A DNA stretch of 64,000 nucleotides from Callorhinchus milii (lineage: Eukaryota), in assembly GCF_018977255.1 (NCBI RefSeq), contig NW_024704743.1, positions 58,468,001 through 58,532,000 of the forward strand, in the 5' to 3' direction. Position numbers and translations under genes: made by a program. Positions within the stretch are counted from its first letter, which is position 1. Each line of letters begins with the position of its first letter. This document shows positions 1 through 13,338 of the stretch, piece by piece. The notes under the pieces were generated by a model, which was given only the letters and a program-made list of their open reading frames with translations, had not been told where the DNA came from and made no database searches.

Positions 1-125
1 CTATTCGACCCCCACCACCTCCTCCCCCACACCCCCAGCTTGGCATCATGCTCCAACAGTGTCAAGCGCCCCGAGTATGCTGCCCTGTGTGCGGGTCGCT
101 GTATAAATGCAAGTTGTTGTTGTTG
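1..125 (+). mobile_element. L2 3' end fragment
   Basis: C-rich 3' UTR, degenerate stem-loop, tail aaatgcaagttgttgttgttg. Confidence 0.7.
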
Positions 126-179
126 ATGATGAGAGTCACCGGTGTGACTCTAATGTACTGTTAGAGCTGAAAATTTACA

Positions 180-588
180 AGTTCAAGATCCTGGTCTTCA
201 CCTACAAAGCCCTCCATGGCCTCGCCCCACCCTACCTCTGTGATTTCCTAACCTCCTACCAACCCGCCCGCTCCCTCCGCTCAGCCGGCTCTGGCCTGCT
301 CTACCTTCCCCGACCCACCTGCCCCACCATTGGCGGGAGAGACTTCAGCCACTCTGCCCCCAACCTCTGGAATTCCATTCCCAATCACTCCACCTCGCCC
401 CCTCCTTAGCCTCCTTCAAGTCCCACCTCAAGACCCTCCTCTTCGACCATGCCATCGGTCACGCCCCTTCCCCTCCTCTCCCTTCTCCCCCCTGACCCCA
501 GCTCAGGTCTGAATTGCTGTACACTGTCCAGCGCCTTGGGACGTCCTCCCAACGTGAAAGGCGCTATACAAATGTAATCTTGTTGTTG
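180..588 (+). mobile_element. L2 3' fragment
   Basis: FKILVFTYKALHGLAPPYL..., stem-loop AGCGCCTTGGGACGTCCTCCCAACGTGAAAGGCGCT, (TTG)n tail. Confidence 0.92.
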
Positions 589-986
589 GAGCGATTCACA
601 TTATTGCGGTGTGCAAAAATGTTCGGAATACTTGTTTTTTGCACTAAAATGGTTTTGATTCAACAAGTGGAATTCCTCCCTGTTATTTTGTGCAACTGTT
701 ATTTTTAACAGCAAGACAGAGAAACCAATTAATTTCACATTGAAATTACATGCATAATTCTCTAATTGTTTTTTGGTTAATATTCCATTGGTGCTAAAAT
801 TAGTGCTGTGCATTAATTTTCCAGCAGCTTTTGCCAGGCGTTAAAAAGTAGGGATACTATATGCATCAAACTCAATGAATCCAGAAAGCATTCTTTAATG
901 TAAGTTTCAACAACTTCTTTATAGGTATACAAATATCTTGCTTGTCACGTTTTACTGGGCTTTCTTTTTATCTCCCAGTACTATAT

Positions 987-1326
987 TATAATAATAAGAA
1001 GAATCTTTGCATTTGATATAGCACCTTATTACATCTTCAAGGCATCTCAAAGCAATTCACAGAATATACGGTAAAGTGAATTGACTGTATATTTTGTGGG
1101 CAAGGGTTGAGTGACCAAATTATTGTTATCTTTTTATTTTGAAGGGATTATTATCCCTGAATAGCAATCCGCCAATCGACTAACAACCGGTTCTTAATTA
1201 CTGCTAGGTAAGCAGAGATGTGTGGACTAAGGAAACTTGCTCAACATTTCGTCCTGCCCAGGAATCGAACCCAGGTTCTCTTGCTTGTGAGGCGAGTGCT
1301 CTAACCACTAAGCTAAAGGACTCCAC
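987..1326 (-). mobile_element. tRNA-headed SINE with L2-type tail, long and older variant
   Basis: Head GTGGAGTCCTTTAGCTTAGTGGTTAGAGC, B box GGTTCGATTCC, 3' tail shared with the young SINE. Confidence 0.88.
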
Positions 1327-1374
1327 AATCACACATTATATACATTATGACACTGCTGGCTGAGAATTGAAGAG

Positions 1375-1635
1375 ATTGGGAGGGGAAAGATGAATGAAAG
1401 TGTGATCAAAGAGCTACATCTTGAGTTGGACCTTGAACGTGGGAAGGGAGGGAGCATTCGGAGGGATGGAGATCCAGGGAGCAGGGACAGAATGGTGAAA
1501 GGTGGGGCAGATAGGATGGGGTACAAGAAGCAGGCCAGTGTTTGCTGAGTGATGGGAGGAGAGGTTGAGGTAGTAGGATTGTAGGGTTGTAAGGGTTTGC
1601 AGAGGTGAGTGAGTGGGGGAGGGGGGTGGAATACC
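1375..1635 (-). mobile_element. Degraded L2 3' fragment
   Basis: G-rich plus strand aligning by eye to L2 C-terminal and 3' UTR sequence. Confidence 0.6.
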
Positions 1636-3363
1636 TAAACAGAAAGGGGTTTTGCTCTATCAAATATCTAAATATGACATGGAAATAGCACAGTTTATGT
1701 GTGGATTGCCCTCATCCTAGTTCCCCATAAGATGTATACCTTTTACATGCTTCTATTCCAAATATTATCCTCCTTCTTCTCCCCCCCATCACCCAAAATC
1801 CTTCTCAATGGCCAGGTCAACAAGTCTACCGATCAAGGAATCCCATTTGAAATCTCTGCTTTTAGACCCCAATGAGTTTTTTGTGCTTGTTTGAAACACC
1901 TGTCAATCCTCAGTAATGAAGTGTTGGCCCACTGACTACTGCTTTGCTGCAAACTGTGTCTACAGTTGTATTGGAACAGCAGCCTTGCAGAATACCCGAT
2001 CACTAAGTGGATGAAGCTAAATATTTTACAGTAATATATTCCATATCCATGTATTGCATCTGACCAGACATTACAGAAATTTATATTTTATATTTTATTT
2101 TATCTGTATATCAAGAAGACAACATATCCCTATAAATGATTACACCGACAATAACTTTATTGCTTTCAACATATGAAGCATTATAAATATATGCTGTTTC
2201 TCTTTCTCTCCCATTTCCTTCTTTCTCAATTTCTGTCTTTGTTTCCGTCACTCTCCGTCTCTCTCTCCAATATATTTCACAATTTTTTTACTCACTCACA
2301 TATATTAAGACATTTTTTTGGAAAATGTATTCAAGCCTGCAGGCTTGTGAGATATGTTTTGTTCAAAGTCAATAAAAAACAATTATAATGCACCATTACT
2401 GGTGTGACATATTATGAGCATATTCATTATAATGGCACAGTATTCTCTAAAATATTGCAGAGTGACACATTTAATGTAAATATTTAGCACTATACTACAC
2501 ATTTCAATAATTGATGCATTGTAGGATTGCAATTCATATAAAAGACATATTTACTGTTACAGGTATAGCTTTTTCTCAATATTAAGTCACAGTTTTACAA
2601 ACTGAGGGGAATACATGTAAGGATTCTACATATATTAAGAAGGATAATAAATATTGTTTTGCATCAATCCCACTCAAATGTGTGGGGATTCATAGTATTG
2701 ATTGATGAAAAGTCTCACATTTGTATTTACTAAAACCAACACACAATGAAGCAGCTTGTCATGAAAGGTAATAGAGCAGAAAATCTGTATCGATTTAATT
2801 TTTCACGGCTAAAAAAGGGTTTTCATTTATATTAAACTAAGACATATTCATTCAAATGACATTCATATTTCCAATTTGTAGATATGGACCAAGTAAATTG
2901 AGTAGATTGCCTAAGAAATCGATTTTAACATTTAAAGGACTTAGAACTATTTTGTAGGCAAAATATTTATTATGTTTATAAAACTGTCTAAAAATCTATT
3001 CTAAGCTTTATTAAATTGGTCATATATTTTTGGACATATTTGCATGTGTCAAGAATATTGTATCAATCCAGTGACAAAACTATACATCTCAGACTAAGAT
3101 AAAGTTGCGAGCTTTGAAATTATCATGTTGCTCCTTCAAGAGTACATTAGCTTTTTGAATGTCTGGAATGATGTGCCAGAAAAAGTACAGTAAACTCAGA
3201 ATATTGTCATCCTGGCTTAACTCATCACCATCACTTAAGCCATTATATCATCAATATCCCACCCGTTGACCATATAGACTATTAACAAGGGACATCACTT
3301 TACTTGTCACTCTGCTTAACGAGTAACTGGTTGCATTGGTAGAAATTCTTATAAGTATTGTAC

Positions 3364-3460
3364 CTGGCCTGCTGTAGCCTCCCGCACTATTCTGCGTGGG
3401 TGTTCAGTGGAGGTTGAGCGTGTTTGCTCAGATGGGGTGTCCGTGGCGAGTAGGTGCTGA
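3364..3460 (-). CDS. Candidate 97-nt exon of an unidentified gene (xQHLLATDTPSEQTRSTSTEHPRRIVREATAGQ)
   Basis: Acceptor gcgctttttctctcgctcAG, donor CAG/GTacaa, one open frame, CpG-rich against an AT-rich background. Peptide not recognised. Confidence 0.35.
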
Positions 3461-4379
3461 CTGAGCGAGAGAAAAAGCGCAGACCAATGGCTAACTCGTC
3501 ACATGGGATAATTCATCACTAGATCCTTTTCCCTTGAGTGATGAGTTATTCAGAGTTTATTGTAATATTAATCCTTGCATTTTGCGACGGTTCTCACCAC
3601 TTTATGTATGTGAGAATTTTATTAATGCTTTTGCACTAAGTGGCCTCTGCTTCTCTCCTAACTCTGTTGGTGTGAGTCCCTATTTCTACTTCTAGTGACT
3701 GGTTTGACCCTCCAAATATTGCTGGTGAGCCAACAAGTAAAATTCTATGGAGTACTTTGAGATATGGCACTATATCAAATACAAGAATTATTACACACAT
3801 CATCTTCATAAATAAATTATAATCATGTTTCGTTTGAAGATGTGCCCTGAGATTATAAACACGGACACTGTGCTCTCATCAGCAGTGCTCTGGAGTAAAT
3901 CCAGTGAAGCATTTTGAGACTTTCTCTCAATGGGGAAAGCACAATATCAAGTTACGAATTATTATTATTGTTGAGTGAAGCTCACGTTAGATGCAGTAGC
4001 AGTAGGCCTTGTAAAAGATGAAATATAAGTTATGAATGTATTAAGATCTTCCTTAAGTTCTGCTATTTTCTGCACTTTAAACCTTTAATTGTTCCATGTG
4101 GTATAGGTGCATAAATAAAAATCATGTGTCACACATGAGGAAATAATGATTTCTTTGGCAATCCCCCACAGAAACTTCCTCCATAGCTGCTTGTGCTCCT
4201 GAAAGTAAAATTAAACAGCAAAATTAGACAAGGCAGCTTTCATCAATGCCATTCACCCTCAGTTAATCTGGTATCTTTTTAATATATTGCTAAATGATAA
4301 ATGGCTTCCAGGCCTCTGTTGAAAACCATTCCTTCTCTGGTGAAAATGTTTTATAACCTTTCACTAAACACAATTACAG

Positions 4380-5060
4380 TACAATACAATTTGCATTTAT
4401 ATAGTGCCTTTCACATTGGAAGGACATCTCAAAGCTCCTGACACTGCTGAATTGGCACCCACCAGTGCTGGGGTGGGGAGGAAGCGACAAGGTGGGGGTG
4501 GGGAGGGGAAAGATGAACAAAAGCATGGAAAAGAGGTACATATTGAGATGAGCTGTGATCAAGGGGAGGGAGGAAGGGAATGAATTGGAGCGACTCTGGG
4601 GTGGACAACAATAAATTACATTTGTGTAGGCCTTTCAGTTGGAAGGACGTTACAAGATGCTGGATAATCAGAAATTTGACCTGAGGCATGGGTTGGGATC
4701 AGGAGGGTGGAGGGCAGGGAGGATAGTTGTAGAAGGACGACCAAAGAGGAGGGTATTGAGACGGGACTTAAAGGAGGGAAGGGGCAAGGCAAAGGGACTG
4801 TGGGTTGAAGTTCCAAAGGGCTGGGACAGAAATGCTGAAGTCTGATCGCCGATGGTGGAGCGGGCCGGGCGGGCGACATGAAGCAGGCCTCAGCCTGCTG
4901 AGCAGAGGGACCAGTAAGGTTGATATGGTGTTAGCAGGTCACAGAGGTAGGAAGGAGCAAAGCCGTGGAAGGCTTTGAAGGTGAGGACGAGGATTTTGAA
5001 CTCTATCCTCTGGGAGATGGGGAGCGAGTGGAGCCCAGTGAGGATGGGGGTGATGGGGTC
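4380..5060 (-). mobile_element. Cluster of two or three L2 3' fragments
   Basis: Two stem-loop/tail ends (~4385-4440 and ~4605-4660) plus the antisense of IEFKILVLTFKAF at ~4960-5010. Confidence 0.8.
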
Positions 5061-5469
5061 ACAAGGGAAAGGGAAAACTCGAGTTAGAAAATGATTTTAT
5101 TTTTACCTGAACTCATAACAAAGAAAAGAAATTCAACCAGACACACTGCAGATATAGTCCTAGAACATTTACTTTCAATGAATTCCAGTAAAAGAAATGA
5201 GCACTTTGGCATTTGTAGATACAGTATTGTCACAATTCCGTGACAGGTTGATTTATCATTTCAAAAGACCATTTTTCCTGTCCTGACAATATTAATGAAG
5301 CAAAAGACAAAACAGATAAGTGTCAATTGTACTGCGGAACTTGATTAATTGCTGAATATAACAGACCAAATAAAAGGAGCAGCATAGTAATAGATTCTAC
5401 AGAGAGTGAGCAGTTCTGCAGTCATTCTACCAAACACATACATATGCCATTAATTATGTATTTAACATT

Positions 5470-5985
5470 GTGTCAACCTGACCCAGTTCATAGCCCTCTT
5501 GTATAGGTCAGAAGGTGTGGGTTCATGCCCCACGTTGGGACTTGAATTCACATTGTCTCAGCTGACATCCAATGTAGTGCTGGGGGTTTGTTGTATTGTC
5601 AGAAGCGCTGTTCTTCAGATGAAATTCGTGAACCAAACATACATTCAATTAACTTTAAAGTATATTCTGTGAAGCTCTTTGAGACGTCTAGAAGACGTGA
5701 TAAGGTGCTATATCAAATGCAAGGATTATTATTATTATTATTATTATTATTATTGTAACCAAGGTCCTGTTTGTCTGTTCAGGTGGATGTTAAAGATCTA
5801 TGCACTGCTTCAAACGAGAAAGGAGTTTCCCCTGGTGTCCTGGCCAACAATCCTCCAATGATATTGGTCATTTGTTTGCTTACAAAATAGGATCACTACA
5901 CTTCACAGTAAATTCTATGAAGCTCTTTGGTACTTCCTCGTGGCATGAAAGGCATTATACCAAATGAAAGTATTATTTATTATCA
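5470..5985 (+). mobile_element. Old Deu-domain SINE (SacSINE1-like) interrupted by a young SINE 3' end at ~5637-5756
   Basis: tRNA-like head, core GGTCCTGT.TG.CTGTTCAGGTGGATGTTAAAGAT...GGAGTTTC.CCTGGTGTCCTGGCCAAC, L2-type tail; insert ends in (TTA)n. Confidence 0.82.
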
Positions 5986-6589
5986 ATAGATATTCGACCC
6001 CAATGAACCGTGATTTCTCCATTGATTAAAATGATGATTTTGGTCTCTTTCCTTTTCTCTCTTCAGTTCAGTAATATATTTCTACAGAAATCGCAAAAAC
6101 AAGTTTAAAATACAATATTAACTAAAAATAAAATATTTAAAGTATACACTTGTGTTCACCTAATTCCATATTTTACTTTTATTTGTGCTTCTTTACTATT
6201 CTCTTTTACTTTTATTTTAATCCTCTTTTTTTCCAAAGCAGATCACCAACAGTGAAAAGTCTGTGAAAATCAAATCACGTTTAAGATACTTAGATTCGAG
6301 ATTAGGTGAACCTAAATATTCTGAATTTATAGATTATTTAGCTTGTTTAATGCATTGAATCATATAAATTACCCATATAAAATATTCATGTAGTTCACAC
6401 ACCTTTTATGAAATTAATAGGATCTTCCAAATATGTTTAGATAATAAAAGATGATGCAATTAATATATCAGGCAACTATGAGTTAAATCCTTACATTTCC
6501 GTCTGGGCTCATTAAAGCAGAATATTTGTTTTAAATTGAATACATAATAATTCATTCTTGCTTGTGGCACTTCACCACTGATATTTTTT

Positions 6590-6725
6590 TGTATAAACAT
6601 TTAAAGAGGCAGAATATTAACAGATACAGGGCAAGAGCAACAATTGGAGAGGGTAGATCCTGTGAATCAACAGCATAGGCTTGATGGGGCAGGTGGTCTA
6701 TCCCTACACTATAGTTTCCATGGTA
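6590..6725 (+). mobile_element. Degraded CR1 3' end
   Basis: Resembles the other CR1 3' UTRs in the window (gcataggcttgatggggcag...tggtct). Confidence 0.5.
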
Positions 6726-8048
6726 GATTCTCCTATTATTTTATTGATGAAATTGTAGCTCACATCTCTGTTATGTGCAAACCCCAGTCCTTGTTGGAAT
6801 TTGCGTAACTCACAGGGACAGGTCTGTATTGTACAGTGTAAATGTTTAATCTGGTATAAGGGACACCTATGACCCTGATCAGTTTTAAAGGGCAGCCAAT
6901 GCTAAATTATTGGTGAGGTCAAGCTGATCGCCACTTCTCAATATGGTCAATATTTGTCAGCCGAATACTGCTCCTGGTGCTGGAAACTACCTGTAGGTGC
7001 AGATAGGTCTTTTTAAACACAGGTTATTACAACTGAGTCTAATTGTTTAGGGATAATATAATTCAGAGACAGAATCTCGACCGCAACACCGTTTTTACTG
7101 GTCATTCCTTAGTTTCAGAGAAACTCACTATGTGAAGGACTTTCAGATATTTGAACATGATAATGCACTGCATTAAATATAAGTAATATTTTTGATCCTT
7201 CTAGATACTTTGCCCAGCCTCCTCATGCATATATATCTCCCCTCTTTATTGCTGAGATTCTCAAACAGATTTGCTTCTATAGTCAACCTGTTAAAGAAAT
7301 CTCCTCTATTCAACATCCACCTGCTGTCAACAACCACCCTGGAACAGTCTGGACTGATTTTCCATAATAAACCAGCTTTATTCAGCAACTACTTGTCTAT
7401 TGACTATTATTTTTGTCCCGCGGAAAAATAACGATTTGTATTTTGCAATTGATTTAGTAATTTATTAAAAGCAGCTTGTTTTGTGCACTGTATTTTTCTG
7501 TATATTAATACACTTAGAAAATCTACACACAAACACCAACAAAACTTTACTCAGAGGCCACCCTTATAAAAAGGCCACTTTGGCCCAATCTCCTGAGTGG
7601 TTGCTGAGCGGTTTGACTATATTCTGAATTCAAAAATCTTACAGTTGCACCTACAGTGGTCTGTTAGTTGCTGGGTATGTTTCTCCTTTGCTGATGTGCA
7701 CTGAATCCATTTCACAAAGTGCTTTTTGACTAAAAACACTTTAGTTTCTCATTGGCTTTATTTGTACTTTGAGTGAAATACTCAGATAGGAAGAAGTGAA
7801 AACATCAATTAATTTCTGGCTGAAAACCCAAACAGCTTCTAAAGGGACACTATCAGTCTGATTGATGGTTGAGTAAAAGCAATAATAAACACACATGAAA
7901 TGGGTTATTTTTAAAAGAACATGATGATGCAGTTTATCTCTGTTAACCTGTTGAGTTTTAAATTTCACATCCTATAGTTTTTAGCACTAACACAATTTCT
8001 TTGGTGTATTATATCAGTACAGAACTGCACAAAAAAGCTCTGGTGTTT

Positions 8049-8136
8049 GGTGTTTCAAGGAGATGATTTGCATAGCATTTGGGATTATTTAGGTGTTTCG
8101 AGGAGATGATTTGCATAGCATTTGGGATTATTTAGG
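8049..8136. repeat. 43-bp tandem duplication, two copies, each with the octamer ATTTGCAT
   Basis: GGTGTTTC(A/G)AGGAGATGATTTGCATAGCATTTGGGATTATTTA at 8049-8091 and 8092-8134; one mismatch. Confidence 0.95.
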
Positions 8137-8299
8137 ACCAAAAATAAATTACAATTTAGCCATTTATCCATTTTATTAAATATGACAAGTGCAAAGAAAT
8201 CTAAGTGGGTTTTGGTGCATGTAAGACTTAGGTGATTTATAAGAACGCCTTGTTCAAGTTTTACTGAAACTACTTATCACATTGTCGATACATTTTTTT

Positions 8300-8665
8300 T
8301 TACTGTGAAGCATAGTGATTATGCATTTGTAGGCTAAAGCAGCAACAAATTTTTCAAACATCAATATCCCACAAACTGCCGTGAAGTGAGTAACCAATTT
8401 AATTTTGGGGGGATTGTTGACCAGAACACCATGAGAATCTCCCTTCTCTTTTTGAATTATAGTGTCAAGGGATCTTTAACATCCACCTGAACAGGAACAG
8501 ATGGGGTCTCACCTCATCCTAATGCCTCACCTGACAATGCAGCACAACTCCAGCCCTGCAATGGAATATCAGCCTAGTCTGTGAGTTCAAAGTTCTGATG
8601 TGGAGCTTGAACCCAAACCTTCTGACTTAGAGGCAAGAAAGCTGCCAACTGAGCCAGGCTGACAC
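8300..8665 (-). mobile_element. Old Deu-domain SINE
   Basis: Antisense head TGTCAGCCTGGCTCAGTTGGCAGC and core gatctttaacatccacctgaacag. Confidence 0.82.
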
Positions 8666-8939
8666 TAAATGGGATCAAACCTGTTCTAAGTTAATACTTA
8701 GGAAAAAAATGCTAAGCAATAATATACAGCAGACAATGCTCAGGCATTATGTGATCTGTCCAGTTATTTTCAACCGGTTCAATTATTTGATCTGATTCAT
8801 GGATTAAAAAAAAATCAAACAGCAACTTCAATAAGCCTTTCAGAATTTGGTATCTTTTACATTTTTCAGGATCATCATGTTTCATACTGTGCAATACTGT
8901 ATCTTCAATATCATTGTTTTTCAATGCCTCAGCACAACA

Positions 8940-9062
8940 ATAATATATAATAATAATCTTTGCATTTGATATAGCACCTCATCACGTCATTGAGACATCT
9001 CAAAGTGCTTCACAGGATAATCTGTAAAGTGGTGTGACTGTGTACTTCGTGGGCATATATGT
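8940..9062 (-). mobile_element. SINE 3' fragment
   Basis: taataatctttgcatttgatatagcacc...gcttcacagga, matching the SINE tail. Confidence 0.75.
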
Positions 9063-11263
9063 GCCCATTACCTATATATGACAAGATAATAGACAGTACA
9101 CCAAATAAAAGTTGTACATCTTTTCATTCCCTTCCTGTGATACGTAAAAGGTCTATGTCTTTGAGTCTGTTCACGATGAATAAACTAACCTATTGTAGTG
9201 GTTACTGAGACCAGTATTCTGTGTGCTCCTTTGACTCTCCCAATCAGGAGAAGAAACTAAGACAAGTTTTCTAAATATCTGACAATCCATAATATCATAA
9301 AAATAACAATTCATCTGTTTATTTAGGACAGTAAACTAGATTAATGGTCAAGCGTCATGGCCCTTAAGTGTTTTGTTGCCCCTGTATATTTTCAATATGA
9401 AGCTCCTGCCCTGGCTAGCATACTCCTGGGACAATGAAACCACAAAGGATTTCAGTTTCAGCTCTCCTGGAAGCTGAATAGCTTCTTAAAGGGCAACAAT
9501 AAAAATGAATCTTGAACATTGAACATTGCTCATTTCCCTTTACCCTTACGCTTACTGGGGCTAAACTACCTTTCATGGTATTGTGGGTTTTCCTGCATGA
9601 AAATAATCTGAATCAATGAAAGTGTATTGTATGTGGAAAAACTGCCGTCATGTTTCTAATGAGAGCTTATTGTATGAAAAGTATTTTAAAACCTGACCAA
9701 AATAGTCCTAAAAGGTAATTTCACTGTTAGCAATCTATTTCAAATGAATGGGTTGATATGAATTTAATTAGCTTTATCAATCATTTATTTTGTTGACTTG
9801 ATAAACCCTTTTTCTGTATTGATTATTTCCTGCGTTGCATCCAATGGTTGGAATGTGGACATTTCTACCATAAACTGTTGTTGAAGCCAATAGTCTATAA
9901 TATCTATTGAACAAAATCAGATAGATGCTTATAAAATAAAAGATTATTAACAGATACTCAGCATCTAATCTTGCCTTATGCAGCAATCTATGACATTATC
10001 CTACATGGAGAATGCTTTATTGTTATTGTTGTTATTGTATATATGGTGCCAATTATCCATCTTTATATTGCTCTCAATTCGTCTATTAACATAATAATCC
10101 TTGCATTTTGATATTTGACATTGACATCAAAGAGTAAGAAGGCACAAATCCCATAATAGTGCAGTGAAAACTATTTGCTGATGGGTCTATCAATCCTATT
10201 GATGGAGTGCTACTTTTGCTTCTGAGGCCTAACATGACAGATCTATAAGAAATTTCTCTGATTAAAGAAAGACAAAGGCAAAGAGCAGAATATTCAGTGA
10301 TATTTTATTAAACTTGATTAATTCAAGATTGACAACCTCATAGGTAATACTTTACATTTTTAGCCAATTCTATTAACATATTGGTTTTGACTGTTGGTCT
10401 AAATCTTACAAATCAGTTAAAATCCTGTTTTCCTGAAGCTGGGTTATTTTTGATCTCCAGCATTAACGATTTTACAATATGAATTAATTTGACCTGATGG
10501 ATAAGTTTAAGTTAAGTTCCTGCCTTTCCCCTCAGCTGTTAATATTGACTATTTAGGTTCTGGGCAGGTTAAATTCCGCCAGTGCTTTTGGTGAGACACA
10601 TTACATTCTGGAATTCAAATTGGTTTAATTTTCATCCCTAGTGTTCTGCCCCATTATTTGTGGCTGGCACTGAAATTAACATCTGGATCAGAACGACAGC
10701 CAATGAATCATTGGAATTACAAGTAAAAAACAGGAATTGGGTTTGAGGTTCACATTTCTGCAGTCACTAAAAATGGTACATGTGCTTTAATTAAATACCA
10801 ACTCCTAGGAGACATATATAGAGGAGTGTGGAGGGAGCTCACCTATGTACTTCCACTACTTGGTACAGCACTATAACAACAACCAGTCCAATTGCAGTTG
10901 GATGGCTTTATTTTCACCCCAGCTCAACAACAACAACAACATTACATTTATAGAGCAAATTGACGTCAGGAGAACGTCCCAAGGCATGGACAGTCAGGAA
11001 TCGGATACCAAGCATGGGGGGTAGGGCTGAGGGAAGGCAGAGAGGTGGGAGGGTGACTGAAGGCATGATCGAAGAGGAAGGTCTTGAGACCGGTCTTGAA
11101 GGAGCAAGGGAGGAAGCGAGGTGAAGGGACTGTGGGATGGAGTTCCAGAGTGTGGGGGCAGAGAAGCTGCAAGCCCAGCCACCAAGGGTAGGGCGGGTCA
11201 GGCGGGAGACACGGAGCAGGCCGGAGCCCGTTGAACAGAGGGAGTGGGCAGGTTGGTAGGGAG

Positions 11264-12124
11264 TCAGCAGGTCAGAGAGATAGGAGGGGGCAAGGCCATG
11301 GATGGCCTTGAAAGTGAGGATGAGGATCTTGAATTCGATCCTCTTAGGGATGGGGAGCCAGTGGAGTCGGGGGGAGTGATGGAGTCATGGAGCCTGGTGC
11401 GCGAGAGTACATGAGCTGCAGAGTTTTGGATGATCTGCAGTTTGTGAAGGGAAGAGTTGGGAAGGCCGATGAGGAGGGAGTTTCCATAATCGGGCCTTGA
11501 TGTGACGAATGCGTGGGTGAGGGTTTCGGCAGCCTGAGGGGTGAGGCAGTGGCGGAGTCTGGCAATGTTGCGGAGGTGGTGGTAGGCAGTGCCGATCATG
11601 GTGTGGATGTGGGGGAGAAAGGACAGTTCAGGGTCAAACAAGACACCCAGGTTCCTGACTGGCTTAGTGAGGTTGAGTGTGCAGCTGTGGAGGCTGATGC
11701 TGCCAGTGCCCGAGGTGCGGAGGTGCTGGTGCGAGCCAATCAGGAGGGCCTCGGTCTTGCTGATGTTCAGTGGGAGAAAGTTGTCCCTCGTCCAGGACAA
11801 CTTGATGTCGGACAGGCAGTCGGTCAGGAAGCCAGTAGTCCTGGAGTTGAGGGTGGAGGCAGAGAGGTATAGTTGGGTGTCATCCGCATACATGTGGAAA
11901 TTTACCCCATGTCTGTGGATGATGTCACCAAGGGGGAGCATGTAGAGGGTGAAGAGGAGGGAATCGAGGACAGAGCCGCACGAGACGGCGTGTGAGCTGG
12001 AGGAGAAGTCGTTTGCTGAAACGAAATGGAGGCGGTGTGAAAGGTAGGGCCTGAACCAGTCAAGGACAGAACCTTGGAGGTTGAGGTGGGAGGAGAGGCG
12101 GTGGAGGAGGATTGAATGGTCCAC
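11264..12124 (-). pseudogene. L2 reverse transcriptase fragment, degenerate
   Basis: [56 protein letters not shown]; the GVPQG motif is partly deleted. Confidence 0.9.
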
Positions 12125-13338
12125 AGTGTCAAAAGCGGTGCAGAGGTCGAGGAGGACGAGGAGGCAGAGGGAGCTCTAGTCACACATGGTCAGGATGTCG
12201 TTTGTGACCTTGACCAGAGCAGTTTCCGTGCTGTGGGCAGCATGGAAACCCAATTGGAGGGGTTCATGGAGGGAGTGAGAGGAGAGGAAAGAGCAAAGCT
12301 GGGAGGCAGTGGCTCTCTCAAGGACCTTGGACAGAAAAGGGAAGGTTTCTTCGAGGAGTGGGTGATAGTGGCTGTTTTGAGGAGGGTAGGAACAGTGCCA
12401 GATGACAGGGAGAGGTTGATGATGTCGGCAAGTAGTGGGGCAAGGAGATGGAGCTGGGATTTAAGGAGAAGAGTGGGAATGGGGTCCAGGGAGCAGGTGA
12501 TGGGCTTCATGGAGGATATGGTGGGAATGATAGAGGAGGGGGTTGGCAGGTTCAAAGGTGTGGAAGGAGGGATGGGCAGTGGTTGGAGTGTGTGGTGGGG
12601 GTAGGGAGGGGGTGGAAGTTGGGAGGGCAGTGGCAGCTGCCATACAAAAATTCCCTCGATTTTGTATTTGAGGAAGTCCAGCATTTCCTCGCAGTGGGAG
12701 TCAGACAAAAGAAACCTGCGAGACGTGGTGAGGAGGGCGGAGGAGCCGGTTGGTAGTGGAGAACAGGAGCCTGGGATTGCTCTTCACCTCCAGGATTAAC
12801 CTGGAGTAGAAGGATGATTTGACCGAGGCGAGAGCAGAGTGGTAGGTTTTGATGAGGTCCAGCCAGATGTGCCAGTGGACTGTTAGGACGAATTTGAGCC
12901 AAGTGCGTTCAGCAGCCCACACCTGGCCCTTGAGCGAGCAGAGGTGGCTGGGGAACCAGGGTGAGGATCTGGAATAAGAGGACTCCAGGGCAGCGGGGAT
13001 TGCGGGGAGATCTTCTTCCAAGGGGGTAGGAGATGGTAGTAGGTTTGGAGACAGTGGAGAGAGGGATATAGGAGTTGAAGGAGATGAACTGGTGGTCAGA
13101 GATGGCCTTGTCAGTGATGATGACATCCAAGACGCTGAGGCCCCGGGTGATCACCAGGTCGACCGGGTGGCTGTGAACGTGGGTAGCAGAGTGGATTTGG
13201 AGGGAGAGGTTGAGAGAGGAGAGGAGAGAGGAGAATTCTGAGGAGGTGGGGCAAGAGGGAGTGAAGTGGAGGTTGAAGTCACCTAGGATGAGGAGGCGGG
13301 CGGAGCAGAGGCAGAGGGAAGCTAGAAGGGTGGAGGTG

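Noticed and set aside
3428..3519. C/D snoRNA on the minus strand (GTGATGA...CTGA)
   Set aside because: No terminal stem, no convincing C'/D' boxes and no recognisable rRNA guide.
5725..5754. CRISPR-like or independent satellite arrays
   Set aside because: The (TTA)n and (TTG)n runs are retroelement tails; there is no repeat-spacer structure in this eukaryotic window.
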